Shown piece after piece: positions 12,491 to 25,299 of a stretch of DNA of 64,000 bases. Within the stretch, counting starts at the first letter, position 1. Each line of letters opens with the position of its first letter. The translations under genes and the position numbers were made by a program. A model generated the notes under the pieces. That model searched no databases. It was not told the DNA's origin and saw nothing but the letters and a program-made list of their open reading frames with translations. The stretch lies in contig NC_092672.1 of the NCBI RefSeq assembly GCF_964355755.1, positions 868,001 through 932,000 on the forward strand, read 5' to 3'. Source of the stretch: Antedon mediterranea. Taxonomy: Eukaryota > Animalia > Echinodermata.

Positions 12491-15400
12491 TTAAGGTTCG
12501 TTCCACAGGTTTAGATTCAAGTTTGGTAAATCATCGCAAGTAACTCGACTGTTCTTGTACGATCTAAACAAAACAAAAATTCACAAAATGGTTAAATTTA
12601 GCTTTCTTTTGGCTGAATATTGTAATTTCTATGCTTCTTAAATCTTTATTTGTATGCGTCATTTCTAGATTTCATGACTAATTTCATGTGGTTTGCAAAT
12701 GGCTGTAACCTCACCTCAAACATTAAGCCACACTACATCATAAAGAACAAACATAATACAAAAGAAAAAAAAACACCTTTGATGCAAACAAAATGTGGTA
12801 CAGTAACTTACGGGAGGCGGAATACGTCAGGCTGAATACGCCAAACATCTTGTAGAGTGTCACAAAAGACTCGGGCCATTGTGACCTTACGGATTTCTTG
12901 CAATTGTTCTGTGAATAACAAAGAATCATAAAAAAGAGATGACTAACTAAGGAAAGTCTACAACAACCACTTAAGGGTCTATGACGTAAGACAAATTTCA
13001 AACCAATTATAAACCAAACTTCAACAAACATACCGTAAGTGAAGCTACTTTGAATATTACTCCGCTCGTGCCAAAAGTAATCACCAATTTTCAGCTTTAG
13101 AAATTGCAGACCGATGATGCAGGAAAATGTAGGTCCAATTGATCCGCCTCTCACTGGTGTTTCACATATTCCACCAGCATACAAATCTATATCATCAACG
13201 TGCCTAAAAGAAATCATCTTCTGTTTATTATTTTACCCGCTAAGATGGAATTTGTAAATACTTTCTAAGTTATCAAAGAAAAACGAAGTCAACTTAGAAA
13301 TAGTATACACGAGAAACAACTTAAATCTCCGATTTTACAGTAGTTGTCCGAACAAGATTTTTCATTTTTGTTAATGATGCATGATCTGAAATAGTATCTC
13401 CATGGCTATATCTTATATCTTTAGTATTTGTATTTTCTTTTCATGTTATCTATTATCTAGCTATTTTCGGTCACAATAAGTAAGTTGCACTGCAGTGCCG
13501 TATGGAACGCCTCCTCTGCCTTCAGTTCACAATGGTCATGCAGTACACACCAATCGTCATGCAGTACACACCAATGGTAAATGTGAACTGAAGGCAGAGG
13601 AGGCGTTCCATAGTGCCGTACTAAATCCTTTAAAGTTTACAATGTTGTGATAACGAGTGTATAACTTACTTATATATTGATTTAAGCTTCTCTATCGTAG
13701 ATGATCTAATACTATCCAACAAGTCATCAAAGTTATGAGCTAGTTTTAAGCCGCAAGCTTCACGAAGTTTGTTGTAAGATGCAAGTCCGTGATCACGACC
13801 ACGTTGGATGTTGATCGCAAATAGATCTCTTCCAGGCCTGTATACAACGATAATATAATTATCAATTTCATTCATAACTTATATAACCATCCTAGCAACC
13901 ATACATGCTTAGGTCAATTAACAATTTTATTATTCCATTTTGTTTTTTCCCTCCTTGTATCGTATAATACATATACATGTATTGTTATTTTACTGTTTTA
14001 TTAGCAAGTGTTAAACAGTTTTTGTATGCATGTTTTTAACCTTTTATTTTCTAAAACAGGTATGTAAAACAGGTTCTACTATTTCGGATATGTTTTTATA
14101 TTGTTTAAATAAATAAATAAATATAGGAACTAAATTATTGTCAATAATTATGTTTATTTTATCTACTAATTTAGATGACGTCATGACAAACTTTACGATA
14201 TTGACTAACTGAAACTGATTGTACTATAACGTAAACCGTTCAGTAAAGCTTGGTTCCCACTAGAACGTAACGCAAGGACGTAAACGGAACGCAAGCGTTT
14301 TAACCAATGACAAGCGAAGTTATAGACAGTTAGAAATCACAAGCGAATAAGCCATCGCTTGTGATTGGTCAATTCACTTGCGTTGCGTTACGTCCTTGTG
14401 TTGCGTCGCTAGTGGGAACCACGCTTTAAGGAATTAGTATTTACCCTTTGGTTGATTTTTTGTACACTGTGTTTTTCTTATTCTGTTTGATATGATTGTT
14501 AGTAACTGATTTTGTAAGCATTTTATTCATGATACAAACAATTATGTTATGTAAATTTATATCAAAAAGAGTTTTTTGACCACAAATTACAAGATATATA
14601 TTGTCTCTTTTGGAAATACAAAAGTAAAATTCGCGTGTAACATTTTATCGTGTTTTAAATATAAATGTATAGATTTTTTGTTGTATTAACTGTTTAGTTT
14701 TATTTTAGCCTTTCTGTTGGCTGTTCATTAAATAACATACAAAATAGTTACGTATAAATATTTTTTTTCATAATTATGTATTTTGAATTGATTTTTGTAG
14801 TATGCCTATAATAATATTACCTGTCAATATCCTTACCCATCGATTGGTCGTGGTACAAGATGTTCAGTGATTTCCTCACTCAGCGACTCGTCTGTTTGAC
14901 TCAAAGGCGTGACCATCTGGCCTAGCAGAATCCCATCAATACCTCCATTATCATCATCATACACAATACTCGCATTGTGAAAAGCAAACCTAAGTAGAAT
15001 TGGCTGGTATGGTTCATAGTACCTATTCACACGGGTGATACTTGATGGTACTTGGCTATGTCCGAATCTAAACGCAGCAGACGAGAATTCATTTAGCACT
15101 GACGGGTTAACGAACGGACTATAATACGCGCCATTTCTTCCACTATCTTCTAATTCCAAACCGTAAAGTCTGCGTGTTGATGCGTCCAGTATCGCTGGTA
15201 AATACTCACTGTACGTTATTCTTTGAAAAATCGCGCCTAATATTCTTCTAGTTTCTTCATACAAACGGTCGTTTAACCAATTTTGGTTGATCTCAGACAA
15301 AGAGGTAGCGATTTGGTTATGATATCTTAGGAATACAGTATGTAAAGCTGTCAGACCTGGCTGTTCGGACGTTCGATTATCACCGGATAGACCACACTTT

Positions 15401-18284
15401 AATTTGACATCTATGGCGCAGTTTGTAATGTAAGGATCATTCGGTAAATACATCTGTGTGGACGAACTGTTTGGCTTAAGTGTGTACTTTAGTAAGCCCT
15501 TACCTGAAAGTATTAAAGTAGCAATCGTGAGTAGCAACTTAAGCAAAGTAAATGTGAATTATGTAACGATTTGTTAAGATGTCTTAAATTCAAATTTTGT
15601 TAGGTAGTAGTTCCCGGGAGTTGGATTATTGAAAGTAAATTAATATGTTAATAGTTAATCACTTTGGAGAAGACTATTGGTAAGCAATTATTTCCTGTAT
15701 TTGTGAAATATTTTTTAAGCCTCAACTATGTATGTGACTGACTACATACACACACGGAGTTTACTGTTTGGAAACAACTTTGATACTAAATAAAGTTTAT
15801 TTAGGCTCACATCAAAATTATAATATAAAATGTATGAATGATACCTTGTGATATGTCTCTAAGTTGGTTGGCTCTAACGTCATTATTACCATACACAAGA
15901 GACATGTCAAGAAATGACGTTATAGAGTTCAATTGTTGCCATGGATTCTCTTTGCAATCTTTTGAAGGAACGTGTTGTGATCGTCTGAGTCGAATACAGT
16001 TTGAAAAACTCGGGTCGTCGTCTGCAACCTGTATAGGCAGACAGGTGTCATTGGTTGAGCAGTTGCCACACAAATCTCCTAAACATGAATGGTTTACATA
16101 TTTTAGATAATGAAAAAGCAAAATCTGTGAAGTCGAGTAACTCCCCTGGTTTTGCAGTCTTAAGGGGCCCTCCAATGTTTAAGAATTACATTGGGCTGCT
16201 CGTGCTCTGGGGCTCCTTACGCTCTTGAGCCCATGGGTTAAGCTAGTGAGCGCTCTTAGCCGTTACGTCACTGGTAAATCCTCCACAAGTGCGAAAGAGA
16301 TCGGTACTTAATTTATGTAAGTTTTTCCAAAAGTCTTACCTTCTACTGGTGAATGGCTTATATCATGAATCAAAAATTGTCCAAAATCCATCACAAACGA
16401 AGCAAAATCTTTATCAGGCATATGGTACCTGACTTCGTCTTCTGCTGTCATCATTAAGCTGATTTCTCGTGGGTTAGGAAGAGGAGAGCAATTGTGTGAC
16501 AGACGTGGAAGCGACCGACCTGATGAGAATAACAATTGTAACTTACGTTCATTAAGCATTTTCTACACTATTAAACTTTATGTGTCAAAAAAATGTGATG
16601 AGCCCATATATTGTAGTGCTGGCAGTGATATGGGCACATCACAATGTTTGATACATAATGTTTGATAGTGTAGACAGAGCTTTATACAGCGTCACATGCT
16701 AGTCACATATCACTATCATAAGAATTGATTTTAAGATTAAACAATATCACAATTGAAACTTTATTCGAAAATTTGTATGCTTTATTGGATGATAAGTTGT
16801 GTTTTTTAATATGTTATTTTATTGATATTTGTCTACCACGACCACACGAATTTCTCATTTGGAATAATAAAGTTTTATAGAATTGAATTAAAGATGCTAT
16901 ATACATTATATGTGCATAGATGCCAATCTAAAGAAGTGAGAGGCATCTTTAAATGTAAGTGTAAGTTAAATAACTATATCTAGGGACGTAGGCTGGGGAT
17001 GCTGAGGTGCAAAGAAGCTTCATTTTTCATTAATAAAATCCTACCATCTGAATAGTTAGCCGGTCTTATCCTCTCCAATGGGGTGCCAGCCTTCCCCCAG
17101 TTTACCTTGAAGTCATTATTACAGGAACCATCAATCGTTCTATACCGCTTCGATGGCGGGCAATCATTGTATACTTTATTGATACCGGCAGCAGGACATA
17201 CGGGTCTATGGAAATCATGGACAAAATAACACAAGGACTTGAATCAGTCTGTGATATAACGTTCCTTGTTTCTTGCCGTTAAGCTGGCATCCATCCGTCT
17301 ACCTAATGCTTGGTTCCCACTAGAACGCAACGCAAGGACGTGTAGACGCAACGCAATCGAGTTGACCACTGACAAGCTACAGTTAAAAAAATCCATCGCT
17401 TGTGATTGGTCAAATCACTTACTATGCACTTACTTCTGCGTTGCGTCCTAGTGGGAAAACGATTGCAAGTTGGACAGTTAGGCCTACTGACGTAAGATTA
17501 TTTTTATTTTTAACAATAACATTTTCTAATAATAATAAAGATAAATGGTGCCTACATATACAGATACAATAACAGTATTAATTCGTACCTCCAATACCAC
17601 CTGTCCTGCTGAAGTAAATTCGAAATCTTAGAATCTGCTTATAAAAGAGATTACAATCATATTTATAAAATTCATATTTGACCTTTAGCTTTAATTTTAA
17701 TGTTTTAACCATTGCAAACAAAATGGTCATACCTCCGTAACGTCGAAGCTCTGTCTACATCAAAATAGTTTGACAAAAAAAGTGGGATGTGCCCAAATAT
17801 GGTCACGATATGCCCAAATATGGTAGTGATACGACATCGTTATGTCCATATATTTTTTGTCACACACAATTTGATAGTGTAGACAGAGCTTTAGATTAAA
17901 TGAAATAATTTTACACATGTATTATATGTTTAACGCCATATGTGCCAAAATATCTTTTTACTAATATTACTCTTAGACTGTAGTTAGTAATAATAATTCG
18001 TTTTATATAGCGCCGATAAACACACGTTCTGTAGCCCTACATTAATTATAGATAATTCATGGTACTCACCAACAACGGGTAACAATGTCATAAATATATA
18101 TATACAGTTACTGAAACAAAATATTAAAATACATAGTTCAATGATATTGTATAGGTTCTTTTAAAAGTTTATTTTGAAAAAAAAACCAGTTCATCGGATT
18201 AACAAATTGGGCCTACAAAAAATACTCAACATTAGACACTACATGATTATTAAAGTAATACTAAAAACAAACAATTGTTATATT

Positions 18285-18319
<35 letters not shown>

Positions 18320-18733
18320 GTAACATTTATTTCTCTAAATTCATAATAAATAAAAATTAATCGTACAGGACAAAAACTGTAATGAAGAGTTTTAGTTTCA
18401 GAGTACCAACAAATGCTAAATATAAAAACTACAATAAGTGAAAGGCTATATACACATAACTGAGGTGTCCTTTCAATTTAAAAGAAAAACTCTTTGATAA
18501 ACAAAGCACTTTTGATAGGAACTGGTACGTTTTCCTAAAGTTTTGAACCAGTGAACTTAATGCTTTGTTTAAAAGGTGTAGGACAAAAAAATAATGGTCT
18601 ACTTCGGATATAACCTGTATGCACACATTGCCGTCATATATTATGAGGCAGTATTAATTTAGTACAAACCCTGAAAAATAATAATTATTAATTGAAGGAA
18701 AGCAGCTTACCTGATAGCGTATACGATTCGCAT
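12491..18733 (-). CDS. Secreted animal heme peroxidase 2. Exons 18733-18711, 18110-18070, 17637-17589, 17205-17045, 16519-16340, 16078-15845, 15503-14837, 13837-13670, 13203-13034, 12908-12812, 12563-12491
   Basis: Signal peptide MRIVYAISNCIYIFMTLLPVVA; YRTIDGSCNN; distal GQFLIHD; ITSFLDMS; GDNRTSEQPGL; AAFRFGHS; NIQRGRDHG; ends ...NSRVTCDDLPNLNLNLWNEP*. All junctions are GT-AG and in phase, with the same intron positions as peroxidase 1 across the catalytic domain. Confidence 0.93.
13501..13612. mobile_element. 112-bp non-autonomous TIR element, IS3EU-like
   Basis: 31-bp perfect TIRs TATGGAACGCCTCCTCTGCCTTCAGTTCACA; 6-bp TSD GTGCCG at 13495-13500 and 13613-13618. TAY..RTA ends with a 6-bp TSD fit IS3EU as I recall the family definition. 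Confidence 0.75.
14247..14425. mobile_element. MITE family 1, full-length copy (intronic)
   Basis: TIR agcttggttcccactag...ctagtgggaaccacgct with TWA flanks; nearly identical to the 19175 copy. Confidence 0.9.
16555..16681. mobile_element. MITE family 2 copy (intronic)
   Basis: ...tctacactattaaact...tttgatagtgtagacagagct, TTA on both flanks. Confidence 0.8.
17307..17457. mobile_element. MITE family 1 copy (intronic)
   Basis: gcttggttcccactagaacgcaacgcaagg...gcgttgcgtcctagtgggaa. Confidence 0.85.
17747..17890. mobile_element. MITE family 2 copy (intronic)
   Basis: agctctgtctaca...tttgatagtgtagacagagct followed by tta. Confidence 0.85.
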
Positions 18734-19174
18734 TATGCCTGGTTTCTGTGGAATTTGGTGCCGAAAGATCAGTAAAAAAAAACAACCTTGCGACTATAAC
18801 ATATTATTACTTTAAATGCAAGGTTCAAAAATTGATATAATTAATCCACTGAATTACAGTTTTGGTTTGAATAACTGTTTTTTTATACATTGAAATCCCG
18901 TTGATCCTAGTAACTAATCCGATTGGATATTTCTACAGCGCGTCACAGCACCATGGTTACTTAACATCAGAAAATCGCGCAAAACAAGTTTTAAGTGATT
19001 GATGCACATATAAAATAAGGTTATACTGTAATGCGGATATTGACAGACGATTACTGTGAATGGACTATTCATTTTTATGAATAATTTTTTTTCTAAAACA
19101 ATAACTTTTAGTCAATGGCCGCAAAAACATTGTTGACGATACGCGCGTCAATAACTTTTACTACACGCCCGTTA

Positions 19175-19353
19175 AGCTTGGTTCCCACTAGAACGTAACG
19201 CAAGGACGTAAACGCAACGTAAGCGTGTTGACCAATGACAAGCGAAGTTATAGACAGTTAGCAATCACAAGCGAATAAGCCATCGCTTGTGATTGGTCAA
19301 TTCACTTGCGTTGCGTTACGTCCTTGCGTTGCGTCGCTAGTGGGAACCACGCT
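19175..19353. mobile_element. MITE family 1, full-length copy with TTA TSD, in the peroxidase/P450 divergent intergenic region
   Basis: tta|agcttggttcccactag...ctagtgggaaccacgct|tta; the 3-bp TWA TSD is typical of PIF/Harbinger. Confidence 0.9.
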
Positions 19354-20326
19354 TTAATAACGGTTACGACACGTGCGTCAATAACCGTTACGGCACGCGC
19401 CTAAATAACGTTGCGACACGCGCGTCAATAACCGTTACGACACGTAACTCAATCTTACTCCACCGAGTGAAGGCATAATGTTGTGAAATAAAAAAATAAA
19501 TGAATGCGCAATTGTTAGTTCTTAATCATGAACAATCACGTTTACTTCACTTCAGATTTGTTACTTACTTGATACTTACGACGAAAATACGTGTATTTAA
19601 ACGCTAATTATAAAGCACTAAGGCCTACTTTTATTTATGAGTTCTACGCACTAGCGTGTTTTGACTTACTAATAGTAGACCTAAGATAATAATTTATAAA
19701 TGTGGCACAACATTTTTTTCTTCAGATTACAGTTATATCCATAGTGATATTGAGAATCTTTTATAATTCAGCTTTGCGAACGTCATCACAACAATTGTTT
19801 AACAAATGAAATAAAAAGAATAAACTTCATTAAATTAATTTGTGTTGCCATCAATCAAAAAAGGCGGGAGGTGGTCTAGGCAATTCATGGAAACACAAAC
19901 AAACTGTTTAAAGAAATACCTGCAATAAATGTGATGATAATGAGAAGACCAAATATGAAATAATTACTACCAAATTATACTCATTGTTTATAAGTAAATA
20001 TGTATTTAAATTGTAAAATAAGAGTTATACACAATTAGACACACAGATCAAAATTTATAACAATAATATTCTTAAAGAAAATTATATGATTAAAGTTAAA
20101 ATGACCCTTGGAAGCAAAATTTTAATAATGCACTAAGCGAATCGCTTTTGCTATAACCTTTGATTTGTATTTTAAAAATATGTGATACGAAAGTAACCAA
20201 TCAAATGGCAATAAAAAGTATTATAAAATAAACGAATGCCATGAATCGTACACAGACACATACTCCATAGCGGCTAAGTTAAGTGTTATCTTCACTCACT
20301 GTTTATCACTGTTACGTCTAACAAAC

Positions 20327-22448
20327 ATGGAGTTTCAGTACGACTTGTTTTATAGAATCAACTTCCAAACGTGTATTCTTGGTATTTTGCTGTTCCTTTT
20401 GTACATTACAAGGGATCTACGTCGTAATCTGCTACCGGGACCATGGGGGGTTCCTGGCCTTGGTATAATGCCGTTTTTGGGAAGCCAACCACAAAAGACA
20501 CTGATGAGATATTCTCGCAAGTATGGTCCAGTGTTTTCAGGATATCTTGGCAGCAGACTGGTGGTTTTCGTCAATGATTACAAGACAATTAGGCAAATGT
20601 TTGCTAAATCGGGAGATATATTTAATGATCGTTCGAAACAACTTCTTTTGATGGACGAAATAGGTCACGGAAAAGGTAACTAATAACAGAGATCATGCTT
20701 TAATTGGTATTTTGTTTTTTTAAAGCTGTTTCATGTATTTGTTTTGTGATGTTAGTCGCCTTGCTAAAAGCGACATAGATTTTATTAAGCATAAGGTCAT
20801 GTAATATCAGATTATCATCCTTAAATTTGTTTTTGCCCAAAAACGAACTAATAATCTCATAATTTGTATTTACTTTAGGATTGGTAAATGGGTATTTGCA
20901 TCTCCAATTAAAAGAAAAAAGAAGATTTCTCATAAAAACATTTCGAAGTTTCGGGATGGGTAAATCAACTTTTGAAAATACAATTGTACATGAACTAGAA
21001 TACCTGAAAAGTAAACTGATAGAAGTAGCTGATACGTCAGTTGCCTACGACCCTAAACATATCATTGCAAACGCCGTTTCAAACATCACATGTGGAATAG
21101 TTTTCGGAAATCGTTACAAGTACGACGATCCAAAGTTTAAACGATTTCTAAGGAAAATGGACGCACTTCTTGAAGCGCTAAGCCTGTCAACTGGTCTGAA
21201 CTTTCTACCAATCTTAAGATATATTCCCGAGAGCGGTTGGAAAACGGCAATAAAAAACATTGATACGATTATGAATGAATTAATTAAAGTTGAATTGAAA
21301 GAGCATGCAGAAACCATTGACTTCAACAATCCACGTGACTTCATCGATGAGTTTTTAAAAGCAAAATCTGAACTTGAAAACGCTGACGAGAATACTGACG
21401 CATTTGACAATGAATCGGCCGAACAGATTGTTCTGGAACTTTTTATCGCTGGAACTGAAACAACCGCATCAACTTTAAAATGGGCAATTCTGTACTTAGC
21501 TCTTAATCGTGACATCCAGGCTAAGGTGTATGACGAAATTGAATCAGTGTGCGGACAGACCAATCCTCCAACTTTGAAAGACCGACCGAAACTTGTGTAC
21601 ACTGAGGCAGTGATGATGGAAGTGACCCGTATCCGACCCGTTGCTCCATTAGGTAAATAATAATCGTTTTGTATTGTACCTGAACATTTATTCTTATTAA
21701 TTGGGTATCAGTACCACAGTATATTTAAGGTCAACATTAGATATTTCATATCATGCATGTTTTAATGTAAACGTTGAAATAAATATATAAATACTTTATT
21801 GCAATTTATAGTACAAAAATTGAAATACGAATTGAAGTTGAACAATTCAGCAAATTAGGAAAAATTAAGAATAATAATAAGAATAATAATAATTATAAAC
21901 ATGGGAAATAATAATAATAAATAAATTTACACACACTGTTTTTATATTCAGGTGTTCCACATGCTGTTCTACACGATACGTACTATGAGGGGCATTTTAT
22001 ACCAAAAGGTACAACCGTTATACCAAATATATGGGCAGTGATGCATGACCAAACCACATGGCATGAACCAGAGAAATTTAAACCAGAACGATTTATTGAT
22101 GAAAAAAGTAATCTAATCAAAATTGAACAGTTAATCCCATTCTCAGTTGGTAGGTTATTTCTTTTCAGTACCTAAAATGTGTAAGCCTAGTTTTAGAACT
22201 ATAATAGAAGAAATCTCTTTTATTAGTCTGCTGCAGAAAAGTATAACTAATATGATTTTTTTATAGGTCGCCGTTCATGCCCAGGAGAGCAATTAGCACG
22301 TATAAATCTGTATTTGTTCTTCACACACTTAGTTCATCAGTTCAAGTTTGAATTACCTCCAGACAAGCCGAGACCAACAACAGAACCACATGTTGGAGCA
22401 ACCTTATCTCCCAAGCCATATCAACTGATAATCACCAAAAGAAATTAA
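20327..22448 (+). CDS. Cytochrome P450 copy A, clan 2 (CYP2-like), microsomal. Exons 20327-20675, 20879-21652, 21952-22149, 22267-22448
   Basis: N-terminal TM anchor plus LPGPWG hinge, I-helix AGTETT, K-helix EVTR, FKPERF, heme PFSVGRRSCPG; GT-AG phase-1 introns; about 500 aa with no disruption seen. Confidence 0.95.
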
Positions 22449-22513
22449 ATCAAGATTAAGCAACTGAAATTATAACCCACCTGAGTAGATTCTTTTCATT
22501 TGATTGGAATGAC

Positions 22514-22559
22514 GTTATCACCCAAGCCATATCAACTGATAATCACAAATCGAAATTAG
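22514..22559 (+). other. Duplicated 3' end of CYP exon 4 (last ~15 codons) in the 3' UTR of copy A; also present after copy D at ~37683-37728
   Basis: ttatcacccaagccatatcaactgataatcacaaatcgaaattag repeats the LSPKPYQLIITNRN* tail. Confidence 0.85.
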
Positions 22560-22676
22560 ATTGTAATAATAATAATAATAATATTAATAATAATATTCTA
22601 ACTAGCAGTGACCTTAATATGTAGTTTTAAACTAATTCTCATGGGATGAGTAAGTAAAAACTGGTGTAGGCTATTA

Positions 22677-23970
22677 TCTATATATAAATTTACGTAAGGG
22701 TAAAATTCGGTAAATCGCGCGTTATTTTTAGAATGTTTACTCGATGGTATATATAAAGTTGGTTAGAATCTCGGTACTGATTTTAACCATCTGATGTAAC
22801 TATGTTTACTAATTAAATTGAGTTAGATAATTAGTTATTGACGATTAAAACTAATTTAGGTTCAACGATTTGCCCCAAATAGGGGTGTTTCGTGGTCGTG
22901 ATATGCACTGTCTAATGGATATCCAACTTGAAAAATACCCACAGACAATAATGCGAGGATGCTTCGCATTTTCCTATCTCCTCCTACGATAATTGTTTTT
23001 AATAGCTGAAAACCGGTTGAACAGCTCGAGTACAGTATCATAATGTTGAAGACAGGCCGATTTAAAAAAAAAAAAACTATTTTGATAGATTTAATATACG
23101 TTTATACAAATGTATTGATTTGCGATGAAGGAAACATTCCAATCCCTCAGACTCCCAGTTTGTAGGTAAATTTATGAGCCCTTGGTTAAACACAAGTAGG
23201 TAAATTTGGAGAATAGGCTAAACTTAAAACTGAGATGCAATACTTTGACAATATTGTAAATACGTATTAACCATGTTTGGTCGCCATTTGAATCGAAATT
23301 GTCTTACTGTGAATGTGGTTACTGTTAGATATATAAACACATATACAAAGAACATTTATTACTGTGACTGTGGGTAGGCTCTACTGCTGGATATATAAAC
23401 ACATAATATACAATTAAAAACTTTATTACTGGCAGTTGCTTCTCAACGTTTGTATTAATTAATAATTACAAAAAATCTAAACGTCGTAGTGGTGTATCGT
23501 TACATGTACACTATTTCAATCGACTATAACAGGGACAGCTTTAAAAAAGTATTAAATCGTAAATGTTTACTGTGTTTAGTGGTATATTATTGATAGGCAT
23601 AAAACATTTAAAACAATATTTCGATAGATAGATCGATAGGGAATACATTTAAAAATTGTTCTTCCCATCTTCTTCCCCATCCCTCAACTATAATGTTATA
23701 TACAAAACACAAATTGGGTTTGTTTAAATGAGTTCAAATAAAACATTTGGACTCATTTTTTTCAAGTTTCTCCTTCGGAAGTAGGCCTAATTCTCAGGGT
23801 GCTAATTTTAGTTGATTACATAAATCATCGTGTCTATTTATTCGTTTCTGTAAACGACAATGTACTATAGTCCTGCGGTACGTACATTTGAAATCGCCAG
23901 TTTTTTTTACGCTGAAATTACTGTGTATTCGAGAACCATCTGTGGACACTACCTAGATGTAGAGATCTAG
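22677..23970 (+). mobile_element. Non-autonomous Helitron
   Basis: A|TCTATATATAAATTTACGTAAGGG...CTAG|T (5' TC, 3' CTAG, AT target, no TSD); ends homologous to the 30819-32024 and 37835-38974 copies. Confidence 0.88.
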
Positions 23971-24344
23971 TTTATAGAATAAATAAATAAATCGAATAGT
24001 AATTGTGATGGTAAGTTGTTTTTTATTTTGATTTTTTTGCTTTAAGTGGTGAAACCTATTATTTCCACATTTCGAAAATGTTCAATGTAAAATCACCAGA
24101 AGAATTCAAATAAAAAATAGTATCATTAGCAATATGGGATGGAATATATTTAATTCTTTGAATAGAATATATATTTATCAAACAATAGATGTAAAAATAA
24201 ATCATTAAAAACACCTTATTGTAAATATAATTATAATATAAAATTAATTACTAAAATGACAACATATGGAAGGATAACAAAAACAAAATCACAATTTTAT
24301 TAATAAGCGACTTCGATAATTCTAGAGGGCGCCTTTTTAGTCCA

Positions 24345-24590
24345 GCGCGACGATGTATTATAATCATCGCGCTGGCCTAGAGAGGCCTAGATGGATCGCG
24401 ACGATGTAAATTTATATCATCGCGCTTGCCTAGAGAGGCCTAGATGGATCGCGACGATGTAAATTTATATCATTGCGCTGGCCTAGAGAGGCCTAGATGG
24501 ATCGCGACGATTCATGTAAATTTATATCATCGCGCTGGCCTAGAGAGGCCTAGATGGATCGCGACGACTCATGTAAATTTATATCATCGC
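24345..24590. repeat. ~53-bp tandem repeat, about 5 copies, each with an internal hairpin (CGCGACGAT...ATCATCGCG); only about 2 copies at the duplicate locus 39345-39440
   Basis: Units visible directly; preceded by a terminus (ataagcgacttcgataa...agagggcgc) shared with the MITE at 58887. Confidence 0.85.
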
Positions 24591-24593
24591 ACT

Positions 24594-25231
24594 GGGGTGT
24601 CACGAAACCTAAGACCACGAAAGCTAAGACCCCCTAAGACCTAAGATCACGAAAGCTAAGACCCAAGACCTAAGATTACAAATATTTATCTTTCGCACCT
24701 GCCTTGTATTTTAACTCCCAACATTTATTCTGAATACCACACCTTAGAATTGGCACTTTTATGAAAAAGAATCACATAAAAAGTAACAAATACATTTTTA
24801 AATTGATGATTTTACAGACGTTTTTCTCGCACACAAACTGTTTGCAAATTTCGCATGACTAGCCTACAGTACAGTAGGCCTACCCCTAAGAAAGGCAGGT
24901 GCGTAAGAAAAACATCCTCTGAACCAACACAATGGAGTAAATATATACTAACAAACAACCCGTCAAGTTTGTTTGTTGTAAAGAAAAAAATATACATTTA
25001 CTCAACGGGCGAAAATAATGTGAGTTTATCTATGTTTTGCAGTAGTATTTAATTATATTTATGGTAATAAATGAAACCTACTGTGTTTAAAATTATGTAT
25101 GGATAAACAAGTATTGTTTTTAAGCTGTAATATATCTTAGAATTTGTAATCTTAGGTCTTGGGTCTTAGCTTTCGTGATCTTAGGTCTTAGGGGGTCTTA
25201 GCTTTCGTGGTCTTAGGTTTCGTGACACCCC
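24594..25231. mobile_element. 638-bp non-autonomous DNA transposon with ~90-bp perfect TIRs (GGGGTGTCACGAAACCTAAGACC...), possibly Mutator-like
   Basis: TIRs at 24594-24683 and 25142-25231 built from CTAAGAC subrepeats; absent from the duplicate locus (~39440); imperfect CATCGC.. flanking duplication. Confidence 0.88.
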
Positions 25232-25299
25232 ATCGCTGCGATGATAAGTTAATGCGTCATAGAACCTTTATAAATATAAATCAACTAAATGACATAGTG

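Noticed and set aside
21114-21602. Antisense ORFs over P450 exons (also 36282, 51579, 56659, 62443 and others)
   Set aside because: Shadow frames of the P450 coding strand; they recur only because the genes are paralogous
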